Assembly (NCBI RefSeq): GCF_000281045.1
Contig: NW_008246092.1
Coordinates: 498,596 to 560,626 of the forward strand
Origin: Saprolegnia diclina VS20
Lineage: Eukaryota
Direction of reading: 5' to 3'
DNA: 62,031 bases
Positions 34,001 through 46,066 of this stretch are shown here, in pieces (position 1 is the first letter of the stretch; every line of letters begins with the position of its first letter). A program made the position numbers and the translations under genes. Below the pieces are notes generated by a model that saw nothing but the letters and a program-made list of their open reading frames with translations, was not told the origin of the DNA and made no database searches.

Positions 34001-35100
34001 CACATGGCCATTCTTGGCGGCTTCGTACAGGCCTTCCTTGACCTACCGAGTGACGTCCGTTCAGCCATTGACGCCAGGTGAAAGCGTTGTACGCGCAGAA
34101 TGGCTCGGGCGTGGGCACCCCAGTTGAGCCAGTCGGGGTTGGAGAAGGTAAAGAGAAGGGAGCTAGGGATGATGTTGCGCTGTCCGAGCGCCACGTCGCG
34201 CATGCGGTTGAAGAGCGTGATCTGGTACCAGCACGCGACGTACACGTACACGTCGAGGGCGGTCAGGAGAAGGGACCAGATGAGCCACGGCCACGGCGGC
34301 GGAATGTCCGTCGGGTCATCGCGCACGTGGAAGCAGCCCACGTACGCCGCATGTGCAATGCCTTCCGAGACGTGCAGGGTAATCTGGACGATCAAATACG
34401 GGATCTCGGCCATGACGAGGAGCTCGCAAAACGTGAGCAGCCACGTCTTCTTGCTCTCACGCGTGTACAGCTGGTACCTGCGTAGTAGGTAAGCTCTTGC
34501 AGCATAAGGACCCGTTCGGTACCTAGGGTTGTGGATCGCGGGGAGGCAGAGCAGAATGTTGGCCAAGCCCGTGTACACGGTAAGCGTGATGCCATCCAAG
34601 AACGCGTCGCAGGTCGCGCCGTTGTCGCCGTACTTCTTGCGCTTCATTTCCGGTCGGACGATGAAGATGGACGCGAGGATAAAGATATGGACAAGCGTGA
34701 TGCGCACGGTCCACGAGATCATGCGCGAGCTCACAAACGTGTTGCCGTACTCGGCGAACTGCGGGATGCACGTCGCGACGCGCGAGACCATGGGCAGCAC
34801 CAGCTGCGGCAGCGTGCGCTCGCACGCCTTCATGTGCTCCTGCAGCGTTCGGTCAAAGTGCTGGTCGTCTTCGGTGCGCGGCGTGTTTGACCAGCCGTCC
34901 TGCTGCGGCGACGGCAGCATGGGCATGCTCCCGCGCCGCTTCTCGCCGCCATGCTGCGGCGTCGTGACCGAGATGAAGGACGTGTGGCAGCCGGATGGCA
35001 TCATGATGTGGGTCGTGAGCGGCGACGGCAGGTCCTCCTCAGGCTGCGTATCGTCCTGGGAGCTCATGCGCCGGGCCAAGGTCGGGCTGGCATGTGTCAT
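31035..35100 (-). CDS. Membrane protein with about 4 TM helices, ankyrin repeats and two TIR domains
   Basis: Hydrophobic helices at about 34200-34720 splice in frame to ANK motifs (LYEAAKNG, NPLHVAVVNG, APLHVAL, TPMHLAAANG, TPLAWAAIYN, TALHLALKRG). TIR1 DVMISY...TWID...WREEIARGI...AILSEDYPASQWCMKELAFA. TIR2-like DAILD...VIVVLS...RNKPIVPI. Confidence 0.85.
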
Positions 35101-35632
35101 GCTTCGACGGGACTGCGGCTTCAAGACCCAGCTGCCAGCTTTTAAAAATCTCGACGTTTGCTACAGTTTACGAGACAGCTTTAAATTCGTCGATTTAATA
35201 GGCCGTGGCTGTGTTACATGGGCGTGTCCCAGATACATTTTTCCATCGTTTTATTCGTGCGCTCATTGGCTGCGGCGGAGTCATTTTCAGAAACTGTGAT
35301 GTCGATTGGTGCATTTTCAGCGAATGAGCTGGCATCGATCAGGTTATCCTCGTCACCAAGACCTCGTCTGGCACGGACCGAGCGCAGAGCAGCGATGGCT
35401 GCATGGTGCTCATGCACCGGTACCAGCACGACCGTCGAGAAAGCCATTCCGGAGAAAGGATGATAGGCTGCGTGCATGGACGAGGATGTGTCGGGTGGGT
35501 GGCGGGAACAGGTACCCGAATTTCTAGAAGGCGTCATCGCAACCGGTGCAGACAGGCGGGTGCTGTGCACGAAGCTACTCGGTCGTGCCACCACGCGTCG
35601 CCGCCAAGCGTACGGTAGATACAGCGACACAA

Positions 35633-36867
35633 TTATCGTTTGCAAAGGTTATACAAAAGTGCAATCTCGGCTGCATACGCCTCGTCATCAACGACCGGCG
35701 TCTCGAGGATCATCGGAACATCGTTGAAGCGCGGATCGTTCATAAGCAGCTCAAAGGCGCCGAGTCCAATGTGGCCCTTGCCAATGGCTTCGTGGCGGTC
35801 GGCGTGGCAGCCAAGCACGCCTTTCGAGTCGTTGAGGTGCAGCGCCTTGAGGTACTGCAAGCCGACCGTCTCGTCGAACGTCGTCATTGTCGCCTCGTAC
35901 CTACACGTAGTGTATGTCCAGGACACCAGGACGAGAATGATTGATGCGTATACGCGTCTTTGATGTCCCAACCCGCGGCAAAGGCGTGGCACGTGTCCAA
36001 GCACACGCCAATGCGGTCGGCGTGCTGCGCTGGAATACGGTCGAGGATGCCGCGCAGCTCGGAAAAGTGGCCACCAATCGTCGAGCTACACCACATACTC
36101 CTCTAAGAACGGAGTGCAACGCAGTCGCGACGCACCCTTGGCAGCTCATGTTTTCAACCAAGATGGTCACGCGAGACGTCGCCTGCAAGACGCCCGCAAT
36201 ACTCTCGGCGATCCGGTCCAAGCACGCGTCGATCGAGATGGCGCCGCGCGTCGAGCCCGGATGGAAGTTGTAGAGCGAGAGACCGAGTTGCTCACAGCGC
36301 AAGACTTCATCGAGGAGCCCTACGCCCAGAAGCGCCATCACATTTTGGCCGCGGCGCTGAGAACGCACCCGCGCGGCTCTTTGCGAGCGTCGCGTCGTCG
36401 GGCGATCCGCAGTTGAGGAGGTAGCTTCCGTGTGGCACGACATCGCCCGGAGCGTAGCCAAAGTCGCGCATCGCTTGTTTAAACGCGTCAATCGTTGCCG
36501 GCTCCAGTGGTTTGCATGCCCACGTGCGCTGGGACCGCGTGAAGAGTGCGAATGCCCGGGCACCGATCTTTGCTGCGTTAAAGACCGCGTTCTCCAAGCC
36601 ACCTGCGCTAGAAACGTGCGCGCCAAGAAGCTTGTTCGTGTGCATTGTTGCTTCTCGACGAGCCTGGAGCGTTGCGAGGCTCTGCGCGCGGTCGCTGGCA
36701 ACCGCCGCTTCCTTGGCCAGGCGCTTGGCAGCGACCTTGGACTCCTTGGGCGGGATAGCCGAGCGCGTCACCGTATTTGCCTTCTTGGGCACTGATGTAT
36801 CTGCCATTGCCATGCTTGGCCCGATGGATGGCGCCTTGCGGGCCAAGACGCACAAGCTTCGCCGCAT
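35633..36867 (-). CDS. APN1: AP endonuclease, endonuclease IV family
   Basis: GAHVSSAGG, PHGSYL, YNFHPGS, ENM, RIGVCLDTCHAFAAG, HLNDSK, DRHEAIG.G.IG and ILETP motifs. Arg-rich N-terminus MRRSLCVLARK may be an organellar targeting peptide. Confidence 0.93.
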
Positions 36868-37164
36868 TCTCGATGTGGCAGGTTGCACTTATTTTAACCG
36901 AGTATTACTCAGTACGCTAAACATAGGTTTAATTGGATCGCGTTTCGATGCGTCTGCACAACGCGTGCTCGTGGATCGGGCTCATGCCGCGTTCGCTTCA
37001 CGCCTTCCACGTCGATATCTGCATATACAATAGACGGTCATGCGGCAGCGCGCTACGGACCAGCGCACTTGTCCACTCGGCAAACGCTTTGCGCGCGTCG
37101 CCTCGAGGTCGTTTAAACTCGATTTAACGTCCCGAACCGTTTCGAATCCAAAGTGGATACTTTG

Positions 37165-37232
37165 ATACGATTGGCTAAAATGCATGGCATTTCTCGCATC
37201 AATGGGCCATTGCGTATGGAGATTGGCTAAAA
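37165..37232. promoter_or_regulatory. Two CCAAT-type boxes (GATTGGCTAAAA) in the divergent APN1/MRPL46 promoter
   Basis: GATTGGCTAAAA occurs at about 37169 and 37221 between divergent start codons. The function is inferred. Confidence 0.45.
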
Positions 37233-37347
37233 GTCGCTGTATTTCCACCAATGCACGGTGACTGCTGTTCGGGGTTGGGGGACGTGTCGCCGCCAGTGGT
37301 TGGCGTCGAGGCCGGGCTTTTAGTCGGTAATAATATTTGGTCCTGCG

Positions 37348-38242
37348 ATGCAACGCTTCGTGCAGACGCTCTCCGCCCGGTCCTTCGCGACGAAGACGAG
37401 CAAGCTCCCGAAGCGCCTGGTCAAGCCGGCCAACGCCAAGGAGCCGCACCGCGCGCGTGGTCCGTCCAAGTACGTCAACAAGCTGCTGCCGATCGTGGAC
37501 GATGGCAAGACGTACCGCCTTGTGTGCGCGCCGGTCCTGGAGCGCCTGCCCGTGATCCTGCCCGACTTGGAGCAATGGGAAGAAGACTACATGCGCATGA
37601 AGCACAAGATTGAGCTCAAGACGGCGCAGGTACCATTGCGCGCAATATGGCTAGCGACATGGGCTCATGCGATTTGCGATTGCGTAGCGCCTGCCCAAGG
37701 ACTTTTGGTTTGCCGAGCCGGGCTCCGTCGAGGTCGAGCCCGAGGAGGCGCCGTTCCTTGAGGAGTGGAACGAAGACGAACTCATTGGCGACGGCTTCCA
37801 GATTGCCAAGCGCGAGACGGAGGACGACGCAGCCAACAACCGCCACTCGCTCAACCGCGCGTTGAAGCAGCGTGTGTTCTTGATCGTGCAGGACAAGACC
37901 TCTGGCAAGTGGTTCTTCCCCACGACCGAAAAGGACGACGCCGAGACGATGAAGGACGCTGCGTTCCGCGAACTCTCGACCGTTGTTGGCGCCTCGTTGG
38001 AAGCGTACCCTGTCGGCAACGCGCCGATGGGCTACCTGAAGGTCATGCACGAAGACGACCCGACCTTTGACGGCAAGGTGCACGGCACCAAGGTCTTCTT
38101 CTACAAGTCGCAGCTCGCGGGTGGCGACGTCGAGCTCAACACAGAAAAGGCCGGCGACTACCTGTGGGTCACACAGGCCGAGCTGGCAGAGTATTTGGAC
38201 GCCGACGTTGCGGACTACGTCACCAAGATGGTGCCCCCGTAA
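37348..38242 (+). CDS. MRPL46: Mitochondrial ribosomal protein mL46
   Basis: Mitochondrial-type N-terminus, VLERLPVI, HSLNRAL...LIV, W.FP, GNAPMG, KVFFYK and DYLWVT..EL..YL. Intron 37630-37687. Confidence 0.88.
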
Positions 38243-38750
38243 GCCGTAGACGTAGTTCAAAAGTTGCCAGCAAGACCCCGACACCTTTGTTAATAGAACC
38301 CTTAGATTTTGACTGCAGTGACGCGAGCACTGCGATCCATGCTTCCTGAAGCTTCTCTAGACTAGTCCGTCGCCAACAATGCGAGCGCCCTCGACACCTC
38401 GCTAGCACTTGCTGCCTCGTCGTCGCCGAGTCCAGTGACCTGCATGGCGCTGTCATCGAGAGCATGCAGGCCCTTCCGTGGTGCTGTCAGTATTGCAGTT
38501 GGGCTGGTGTTGACGCTGGAGTGGCGTTGTCGGTGGTGGCCGCCTGGTCTGGTTGGGGTTGCACCTGGGAGATTCCTCGGTTGTTTTCGCAAGGTTGCTG
38601 GACAATGCATTGGATTGGCCAGCTAAGATTTTATGTTTAGCTGGCGAATCAAAACCGCGAATTCCATTATGTAGGGCTCCAATCGGAGGCGGCGAATCTT
38701 GCGATGGACATGCATTTGCATTTTCGACCGACAACGAAGACGAGACCGAT

Positions 38751-40503
38751 ATGACTGGCGTGGACTTGATCGTCGTGGGCCGACACGTGGTCCCGGTGGT
38801 GCCCGAAGGCGTCGTCCTTGAGAACCACGCGCTCGTCATCGCGAGCGGCGTCATCGTCGACATCCTTCCGGCGGACGACGCGCTGGCCAAGTACGCGGCG
38901 AAGGAGGTCGTGCGCCTCGACGAGCACATTTTGATGCCTGGCATGGTCAACGCGCACACGCACGCGTCCATGACGCTTCTTCGCGGCCTCGTACGCTCGC
39001 CACGTCATCGCCTTCTCGTCTCTGACCGACTTGATAGGCCGATGACAAGCCGCTCTGCAACTGGTTGATGGAAGACATCTTTCCGGCCGAGGGCAAGTTT
39101 GTCAGCGACGAGTTTGTCCGCGACGGGTACCACCATGCGATGCATCATCCTTTCTCATGCTGCGTGCAGGACGCTCCACTCGGCCGCCGAGATGCTTCGG
39201 TCGGGCACGACGTGCGCCAACGAAATGTACTTCTTCCCGGATGCGGCCATTCAGACGTTCGAGACCGTTGGCATGCGTGCGCTCGTGGGGCAGATCGCGA
39301 TGGAGTTTCCGACCGCGTACGGCTCGGGCCCGGACGACTACTTCACCAAGGCCCGCGCCATGTTTGCCAAGCACAAGGACTCGAAGCTTGTACTGCGACC
39401 ACCAGCCATGAGAATCAAGAGGAAGAGACTCACGTGTCTTGTTGCTGCATGTAGGTCAAGCTCAGCCTCTGCCCGCACGCGCCGTACACGGTCTCGGACG
39501 CGACGTTCGCCAAGGTCAAGGCCCTCTCGGACGAGTCCAACGTGCGCGTGCACCTCCACTTGCACGAGACCGAGGGCGAGTGCTGCGACAGCGAGACCAA
39601 GACGCCGTCGATGCTGTGCCACCAGAGCCCGGAAAAGTGCCGTCCGCTCCAGGTAGACAGATCGCCGCGTACTTTGATGAACGCGATGGCTCATGTGAGG
39701 CTGTAGAACATGCAGCGCCTCGGCATTTTGAACGACAAGCTCATTGCAGCGCACATGACGCAGCTCACGGACGCCGAGATTGACCAAGTGGCCGCCGCGG
39801 GCACGAGCGTCGCGCACTGCCCGTCGTCCAACCTCAAGCTCGCGTCGGGTATCTGCCGCGTCTCGGACCTCCTTGCCAAGGGCGTCAACGTTGCGATTGG
39901 CACGGATGGTGCGGCGAGCAACAACACGCTCAACATGTTTGCCGAGATGAAGCTGGCGGCGATCCTCGCCAAGGCCGAATCCAAAGAGTGCACGAGGTAC
40001 TTTACACCAGTTCTTCGACATACTAGTACTGGCGACTCACGGACGATGTGTGGTGTAGCGTGCCGGCAGCGACTGCACTGCGCATGGCGACGCTCAACGG
40101 CGCCAAGGCGGTCGGCATGGACCACATCATCGGGTCCCTCGAAGTCGGCAAGGTGCGGAACATGGCGTCAACCTCGGGCATGTGATGTTCATGATGATGG
40201 ACATGTAGCACGCCGATATCGTTGCCGTCGCCGCCGACTCCATCGAGATGCTTCCGATGTACAACGCGATTAGCCACCTCGTCTACGTCGCGGGCCGTGA
40301 GCAGTACGTTCCTCGAAGCGAGGCGAAGGAAAGGGTGTTGATACGGCGCTGTGTGTAGCGTCTCGGATGTCTGGGTCGCGGGCCAGCGTTTGTTGAAGGA
40401 CCGGACGCTCACGACCATCGACGAGGCGGTCGTCAAGAGCCACTGCAAGAAGTGGTACAGCGCCATCAGCTCGCACCACGCCGAGATGCAACAGACCCAG
40501 TAA
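38751..40503 (+). CDS. mtaD: 5'-methylthioadenosine/S-adenosylhomocysteine deaminase-like amidohydrolase (TRZ/ATZ family)
   Basis: PGMVNAHTH, GLADDKPL, PHAPYT, HLHET, HCPSSNLKLASG, GTDGAASNN and ATLNGAKA. Seven short introns splice in frame. Confidence 0.88.
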
Positions 40504-41365
40504 GTGGACTTGTGTGTGGCGTCTTCATCCAAAGTGTCTTGTGCGTCGGGTACTGGAGCAATCGTGTGAAACCCGCTTGTTTGTTTCCTGCGTATGACGT
40601 GGCACAACCACACGTCTTTACCACGTTACAAAAATACACACGCAGACTTGCAGAGTCCAGCATGGATACGTTGATAGCTGGGCAAACGAGGGAAGGTATG
40701 CCGGTGCGGAATGGCTTTGCAGTGAATGTGCCACTGCAGGATGTGACGGAGGTACACTGTTCGATCCCCAAAGGTCCAACATACAGAAATCTGGCCCGCA
40801 GATTTTTATTGTTTTCCAGCCTTTTGTGAAAACGACTGCAGACGATAGCAATGCTCGAGAAGACGACGTCGCTAGCCGAGGCATGCTAATGAGCATAGTG
40901 GTGCCTTGCTAGGACGCAAGCAGCGGAACGGTTCTCCAGGCCCCCGTGTAACTAGTTAGCGTGCACGCTAGCGTCCTTATTCTTGACACAGAGCTTTTGG
41001 TTCCGCCATCATACGCGAAGAGACGAGGCTGCAGCAGTAGACTGCTCAGTGTTATGACTACTCATCGTCATGCGTCCGAGACTGCAATACGGAGAAACCT
41101 GACGACCACCGTCGTCGACCGACTCGCATACGTAGCAACGGCGTCAGGTCCCGATGGTCGCTACACAAGCCTCCGCGCAGTCCAGATCTCGAACGCCGCA
41201 CTGCACGATGGGTACGTCTGCTATACATCCCGGCGCCACCGCGTCCCAAGCCTCCGTAATGACGCTGCCTTCAGTACTCGCCGAGGCCATCCTCGACCTA
41301 CTACACCTCAAACTGCCCATAGAAAAAATGCTCATGTATGCTTGTTCTCAAATCGCACTCGACGA

Positions 41366-43903
41366 CTAAGCGCTGTGGCGCAGGACCTTGGAGCTGTCGA
41401 GTGCGCCAAAGCCGTCTTGGTCCTTGACCTTCTCCTTCTTTTGCTTGCGCTTGGCCATGCCGCCCGAGCAGAGACAGAGCTTGAGGAGGACCCAGTCGCG
41501 GCCCGTCGCGACCACAAACGCGATCGACCCGAGGAGGCGCGTGACGTTGAAGAGCGCGATAAATAAAAACAGGCTCGGCAAAAAGACGTTGGCGCCGACA
41601 AAGTAGATGCACGTCATGATGAGCAGCGCGTTCGAAATGAGCCAAAAGAGCAGCGTGTACGACCGGAACGAGTCGAAGCGGCGCTTGACCTGGTCCGCGA
41701 CGACTGCGTCATGGCGCGCAGCTGCCTCGGCGGCCTTGCGCTGCGCAACGAGGTCGCTGTAGCCGCCCGACCCGAGGCGCTGGCCGCCACCTTTCAGTGG
41801 GCCGTGGCCCGCACTGTCGCCGAGGCCCTTTGTGCCCCAACTCAGATCTTGAATGTTGCAGAATGCGTAGATCATGAGGATGTTGATGGTCGTCGGCAGC
41901 ATCACGAGGTACTGGACAAAGGTAAAGACGACGTGGTGGAGCTCGAAATGGAAGGCGGCCGCGATGAAGTAGACGCCAAAGGTCGCGGCGAGGAGCACAA
42001 TGTTGAAGGGCGACATGCCGTTGTGCGACGAGAGCGAGCAGACCGAGAAGAAGACGGCCGTGATGACCACGACCGCGTAAAAGACCGAGAGGAACGTGTA
42101 GAGCCACTGGACGTGCTTGGGCTTGTTGCCAAGGCCAAAGACGATCTGCACCATGATCAAGAACGCGTAGACGATGTTGAAGATGGACATGGCCATCGAG
42201 TGGTGGTCGTCGTACCACTCTTCCGAGTCCCAGAAGGGCAATTTCGACTTCTTGAGCGTCGTAAAGACCACGTAGTACACCGAGAGGTAGAAGAAGCCGC
42301 ACATGAACCAGCCAAAGAAGAGCTGGACGAGCAGCTGAAAGTACTGGATCATAAGCCCGGCTTTCGTCAAGATCGAGTGGTTCGTGTGCGAGTAGAGCCG
42401 GCCCCACTGCACGATCGAGTAGAGCATCGCAAAGAACGAGCCGTTGAGCCAGCGACGGCGCTGCGCCATCAAATCCACGAGCGTCGACGGCACGTCCGTG
42501 CGAGCGACCGCGTCCTTGATGTACTTGAGCTTCCACGCGCCATTCGTGCGCGCGAGGAGCTCAAAGCACAAAATACGGTCTTCGGCGAGGTACATGTTGC
42601 CATAGAACGGCCCGAGCTCGGCCATGTCGGTCGTGAGGCTCTTAAAGTACGCTTGGAGCGGCGCGCCCTTGATGGCCGCAAACCGGTAGGCTGAGAACGC
42701 ACCGGGCAAGACCGAGACAAAGCCAAAGCACGACTCGGTCGCCTTGTCGAGGAGGTTCGACACCTTGTACTCAAAGTGCTGCGTCGCGATGACAAAGTTC
42801 CAGAGGTTCGGGATCGGCCGGCTCACGGCAATCTCGCCGCAGACGCCGCCAATGTCGGCCTTCATCTCGAGCGTCGCGAGGAGCTTGTACAAGGCGGCCT
42901 TTGTCGGCAGTGTCCCGACATCGAGGAGGATGTTGTACTCGGGGTCGACTTGGTTGCAAAAGGCGTTGAAGAACCAGAGGTGCGAGTTGAGCTTCCCCGC
43001 ATTGTGCTCCTTGAGCGCATACACCATCTGCAGCGGCGGGTAGTCGGCGCCGATCGTCGAGTTGTTGCTCATGATGACGCTCTGCTTGTTGTGCGGGTCC
43101 TTGGCGAGACGCACCGTGCGTTCGAAAAGGTGCATTTGCGTGGCGGCGCCGGACGAGAAGATCGTCATCGCGTCCTCGTTGAAGACGCCAATTTCGCGCA
43201 GAAACGACGTCGCGGACGGGTTGGCCTTGGTGCGGCCGTCCGAGACGATGCACACGACGATGTTTTGCCAGGCGTCGTCGCCTTCGTAGCCCGGCAGCGC
43301 GTTCTTCTGGATGTACTTGACGTTGTTGCACACTTTTCGGAGCGTCTGCGCGAGCTCGGCGCCGTCTTCGTTGTACATGGTGATGACGAGCATCATGGTC
43401 GGCTTCCGGCCGCGCGTGACGCACTGCATGCGGTAGCCGTCGAGGGTAAAGTTGATCGGGTTGACCGTGGCTACGGGTGTGTAGCTGAGCTCGGCTGCTT
43501 CTTCGTAGTGCTCGCCGCCCTCGTACTCTTTCGTGAACGGAATTTGGATCCCGCGGCAGTTGCGCGATGGCAATGGGCCGGCCCGGCCGTTCTCGAGCCA
43601 GATCGAAAGCTCTTCGGCCCACCCAATGACCTCTTGCGACTTGGCCAAGAGCATTTGGCTCACATCGTCGTCGTTTTGCTCGGCCACGATGAGCAAGCAC
43701 TCGCCGGCGTTCACAAAGCAGTTGATGGCCTCGCTGTAGAACATGTCGTACTCGGCGCGGACGCCACGCTCAATGTAGCGGAAGGCGTCGACGGTCGTAA
43801 CGCAGTCGTTGTCATTGCGGACGTGGCTACCCACGCGCGTCGAGCGCACGGACGGCCGGCGCGCGATCGCGGGCAGACCCGTGCTCAGTTGGCTGCTCAC
43901 CAT
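41366..43903 (-). CDS. CHS: Chitin synthase with N-terminal MIT domain (intronless)
   Basis: ITMYNED, KLNSHLWFF, QHFEYK, SVLPGAFSAYR, YLAEDRILC, QRRRWLNG and DLSWGTKG. MIT-like three-helix segment DAFRYIERGVRAE...AKSQEVIGWAEEL. Confidence 0.96.
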   Translation of the reverse strand: MVSSQLSTGLPAIARRPSVRSTRVGSHVRNDNDCVTTVDAFRYIERGVRAEYDMFYSEAINCFVNAGECLLIVAEQNDDDVSQMLLAKSQEVIGWAEELSIWLENGRAGPLPSRNCRGIQIPFTKEYEGGEHYEEAAELSYTPVATVNPINFTLDGYRMQCVTRGRKPTMMLVITMYNEDGAELAQTLRKVCNNVKYIQKNALPGYEGDDAWQNIVVCIVSDGRTKANPSATSFLREIGVFNEDAMTIFSSGAATQMHLFERTVRLAKDPHNKQSVIMSNNSTIGADYPPLQMVYALKEHNAGKLNSHLWFFNAFCNQVDPEYNILLDVGTLPTKAALYKLLATLEMKADIGGVCGEIAVSRPIPNLWNFVIATQHFEYKVSNLLDKATESCFGFVSVLPGAFSAYRFAAIKGAPLQAYFKSLTTDMAELGPFYGNMYLAEDRILCFELLARTNGAWKLKYIKDAVARTDVPSTLVDLMAQRRRWLNGSFFAMLYSIVQWGRLYSHTNHSILTKAGLMIQYFQLLVQLFFGWFMCGFFYLSVYYVVFTTLKKSKLPFWDSEEWYDDHHSMAMSIFNIVYAFLIMVQIVFGLGNKPKHVQWLYTFLSVFYAVVVITAVFFSVCSLSSHNGMSPFNIVLLAATFGVYFIAAAFHFELHHVVFTFVQYLVMLPTTINILMIYAFCNIQDLSWGTKGLGDSAGHGPLKGGGQRLGSGGYSDLVAQRKAAEAAARHDAVVADQVKRRFDSFRSYTLLFWLISNALLIMTCIYFVGANVFLPSLFLFIALFNVTRLLGSIAFVVATGRDWVLLKLCLCSGGMAKRKQKKEKVKDQDGFGALDSSKVLRHSA

Positions 43904-44684
43904 CGTCGTCCTAGCGTGGTCAGTTGGCGAATAAGCTGCGAAAGACGGTGTTGTTACTACACATGTGAGGGCCGGTGCTGGTGCCACCGCCTGTCGAGCT
44001 ATAAAATAATACATACAAACATACAGTCAAGAACCACCGATGCAATTAAAATTTGGCGAGAAATTTTGAATTTCCCACCACATGGCGCGTCAATGTGTGT
44101 TTTTCGTTTTTCACAGCACGTTGCGTTAGCACTGCCACTGTCGGGAGGCAGCACTTCTCGTCACAAACAAGGTCGTGCCGCCACCTTGTTCATCCTCGTC
44201 GTACCGCGTACTGCAGTACGTCGTTGTCACCGTGTATACCAAATCGGGCTGTTTGATGACAGCGACTGGCGACAGGGCCAATTCGAAGAAGCCAGTGATC
44301 GAATATCAGCCGGTGGGATCTCTTTTGCACGCCCACATACACGCACGTGTGTTTCTTCGCTTCAAGGGATCGAAGGCGACCTGCGCCCCTCGGCCTACAC
44401 ACCTAGGTACCGGTACCGTTTGACGCCAAGCGTGCATGCTGCCCTTGACACTACAGCACGTGCTGTACCTGTATGGCCTCCGCTTATTGACCTAGTGTAC
44501 GGACGCGGCTTTGAACTGTGAAAACACACACACCCATTTCCCACGTGTGAATCTCTTCGGGTGGTGTGTAACGCAGGGTGGAATGTATTTTTTCTCAGTC
44601 GCATGAATTTGCGCCGGTCGCGATACAATTTCCAAGCCTATTTGCGATCCTTTAAAAAAGTGCAAGCGCCCCGTGCGATCGTGA

Positions 44685-44744
44685 CCGGATACCCATCGTA
44701 TCCGGATCAATCGTTCTGGCCGGATACACTCGCACATTATCCGG
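44685..44744. promoter_or_regulatory. Two CCGGATA-Nx-TATCCGG inverted repeats just upstream of RAD9
   Basis: 44685-44705 (7-nt spacer) and 44720-44744 (11-nt spacer). The regulatory role is inferred. Confidence 0.4.
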
Positions 44745-44761
44745 ACGCTCGTGGATCTGCC

Positions 44762-45975
44762 ATGGCGACCGTGACACTGCGCCTGGGGCAGGAGCAGCTC
44801 AAGCCCTTTGTGAGCGCGATCACATGCGTGAGCAAGGCCGGTAAGGAGATCAGCCTCGAGTGCGACGCCGAGACCATCACGCTCCGCGCGCTCAACGATG
44901 CGCACTCGGCGTCGGCCGAAATCACCTTTGACAGCGGCTTTCTCGACGGCTACACGCCGCCGTCGCTCGCCGGCGACGGCCGCCCGACCGCGCTCGTCAA
45001 GTGCACGACCATGGCGAGCACGTGGCAGTCAGTCTTCCGTTCGCTCAAGAATGTGCTCTCGATGGAGATTGAGCTTGAGGTCGACGACGGCGACAATGGC
45101 GGTGGCCACGACGCGGTCGACGCCTCTGTGATTGTGTTTCGCCTTTGCTGCGACAAGCGCATCACCAAGACGCACCGCATCAAGACTACTGACACGCAAA
45201 CGCTGCGTCCCATCTTCGACAAGGCGTCGTCGCCGAGCCGGTACGTCGCAATGTAGTTGCAGTGCGAGCTGACGCGTCCGTAGCATCAAGATGCGCCCTT
45301 TCCACCTTACGACGCTCCTACAGCACATTCATGGCACGGACGAAGTGAGCATGACATGCGGGAAGGACCAAGTCCGGTTCGAGAGCTACTACACCAACCC
45401 GCTCGACGGTACGAAGACGACGTCGCTCCAACATCGTCCACGCAAAGTCTCGTGTGCTGTAGTCAAGAAGCACGTGCACACCGAGACGACGGTCGACACG
45501 GCCGAGTTTATCGCCTACCTCTTCGAGCCTGGCGAGGATCCGTTGAACGAAGCGGTTGTTCAGCTCATTTTTTGCCTCAAGGAAATTCGGGTACCGGCCG
45601 ACGCGATAGAAGAAGCGGTCATCGTCTTGTAGGCGCTGCTCGCTTACTGCGACGCGTGCGGCCTCGCCGAGCTCGTTTTGTACTTTAGCGACGGCGGCAG
45701 GTACTACCATAGTCAACAGTATAATGTCTGGCATCTCACTACTAGTACGGCTGTAGTCCGATCTTGCTCTCGACCGAGTCGGTGGCGACTGCGTCGTACG
45801 GTGCTCAAATCGTCTTGTCGACGGTCGCGACACTTCACGCCGGGCCGACCCAAGACGCCGGCCCGTACGCGCGTCCATTGACTAGCATGTTGCGTTGCTT
45901 ATGCCCACTAGGTCGCAAGAAGCCGAGTACGAGCACGCTGCCAGGGCAAAAAAGCAGAAGCGGTCGTCGGCCTAA
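44762..45975 (+). CDS. RAD9: 9-1-1 checkpoint clamp subunit Rad9
   Basis: F..AI.CVSK.G.E, LRALNDAHSA, ITKTHRI, TETTVD..EF..Y, IFCLKE.RALL.YC and LYF..GG.PI motifs. Several short introns; last exon ends at TAA 45973-45975. Confidence 0.87.
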
Positions 45976-46066
45976 GAAGCATAAGATTTCAAATTCGACT
46001 TGTGTTGGCGAATGGGCCACGTCCATCGGTGACGCGACCTTTGCTGTAAAGATACCGAGATTCGCC

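Noticed and set aside
31035..36867. TIR gene plus APN1 nuclease as a prokaryote-style defence operon
   Set aside because: APN1 is an ordinary intron-containing repair gene; there is no evidence of functional coupling.
41366..43903. MIT domain fused to chitin synthase as a novelty
   Set aside because: Already known for oomycete chitin synthases; useful only as a taxonomic clue.
41709..44521. Long antisense or alternate-frame ORFs over chitin synthase (581 aa, 327 aa) and similar ones over Dcp, DUF2828 and the P450s
   Set aside because: Expected shadow ORFs from high GC3 codon bias; no protein motifs.
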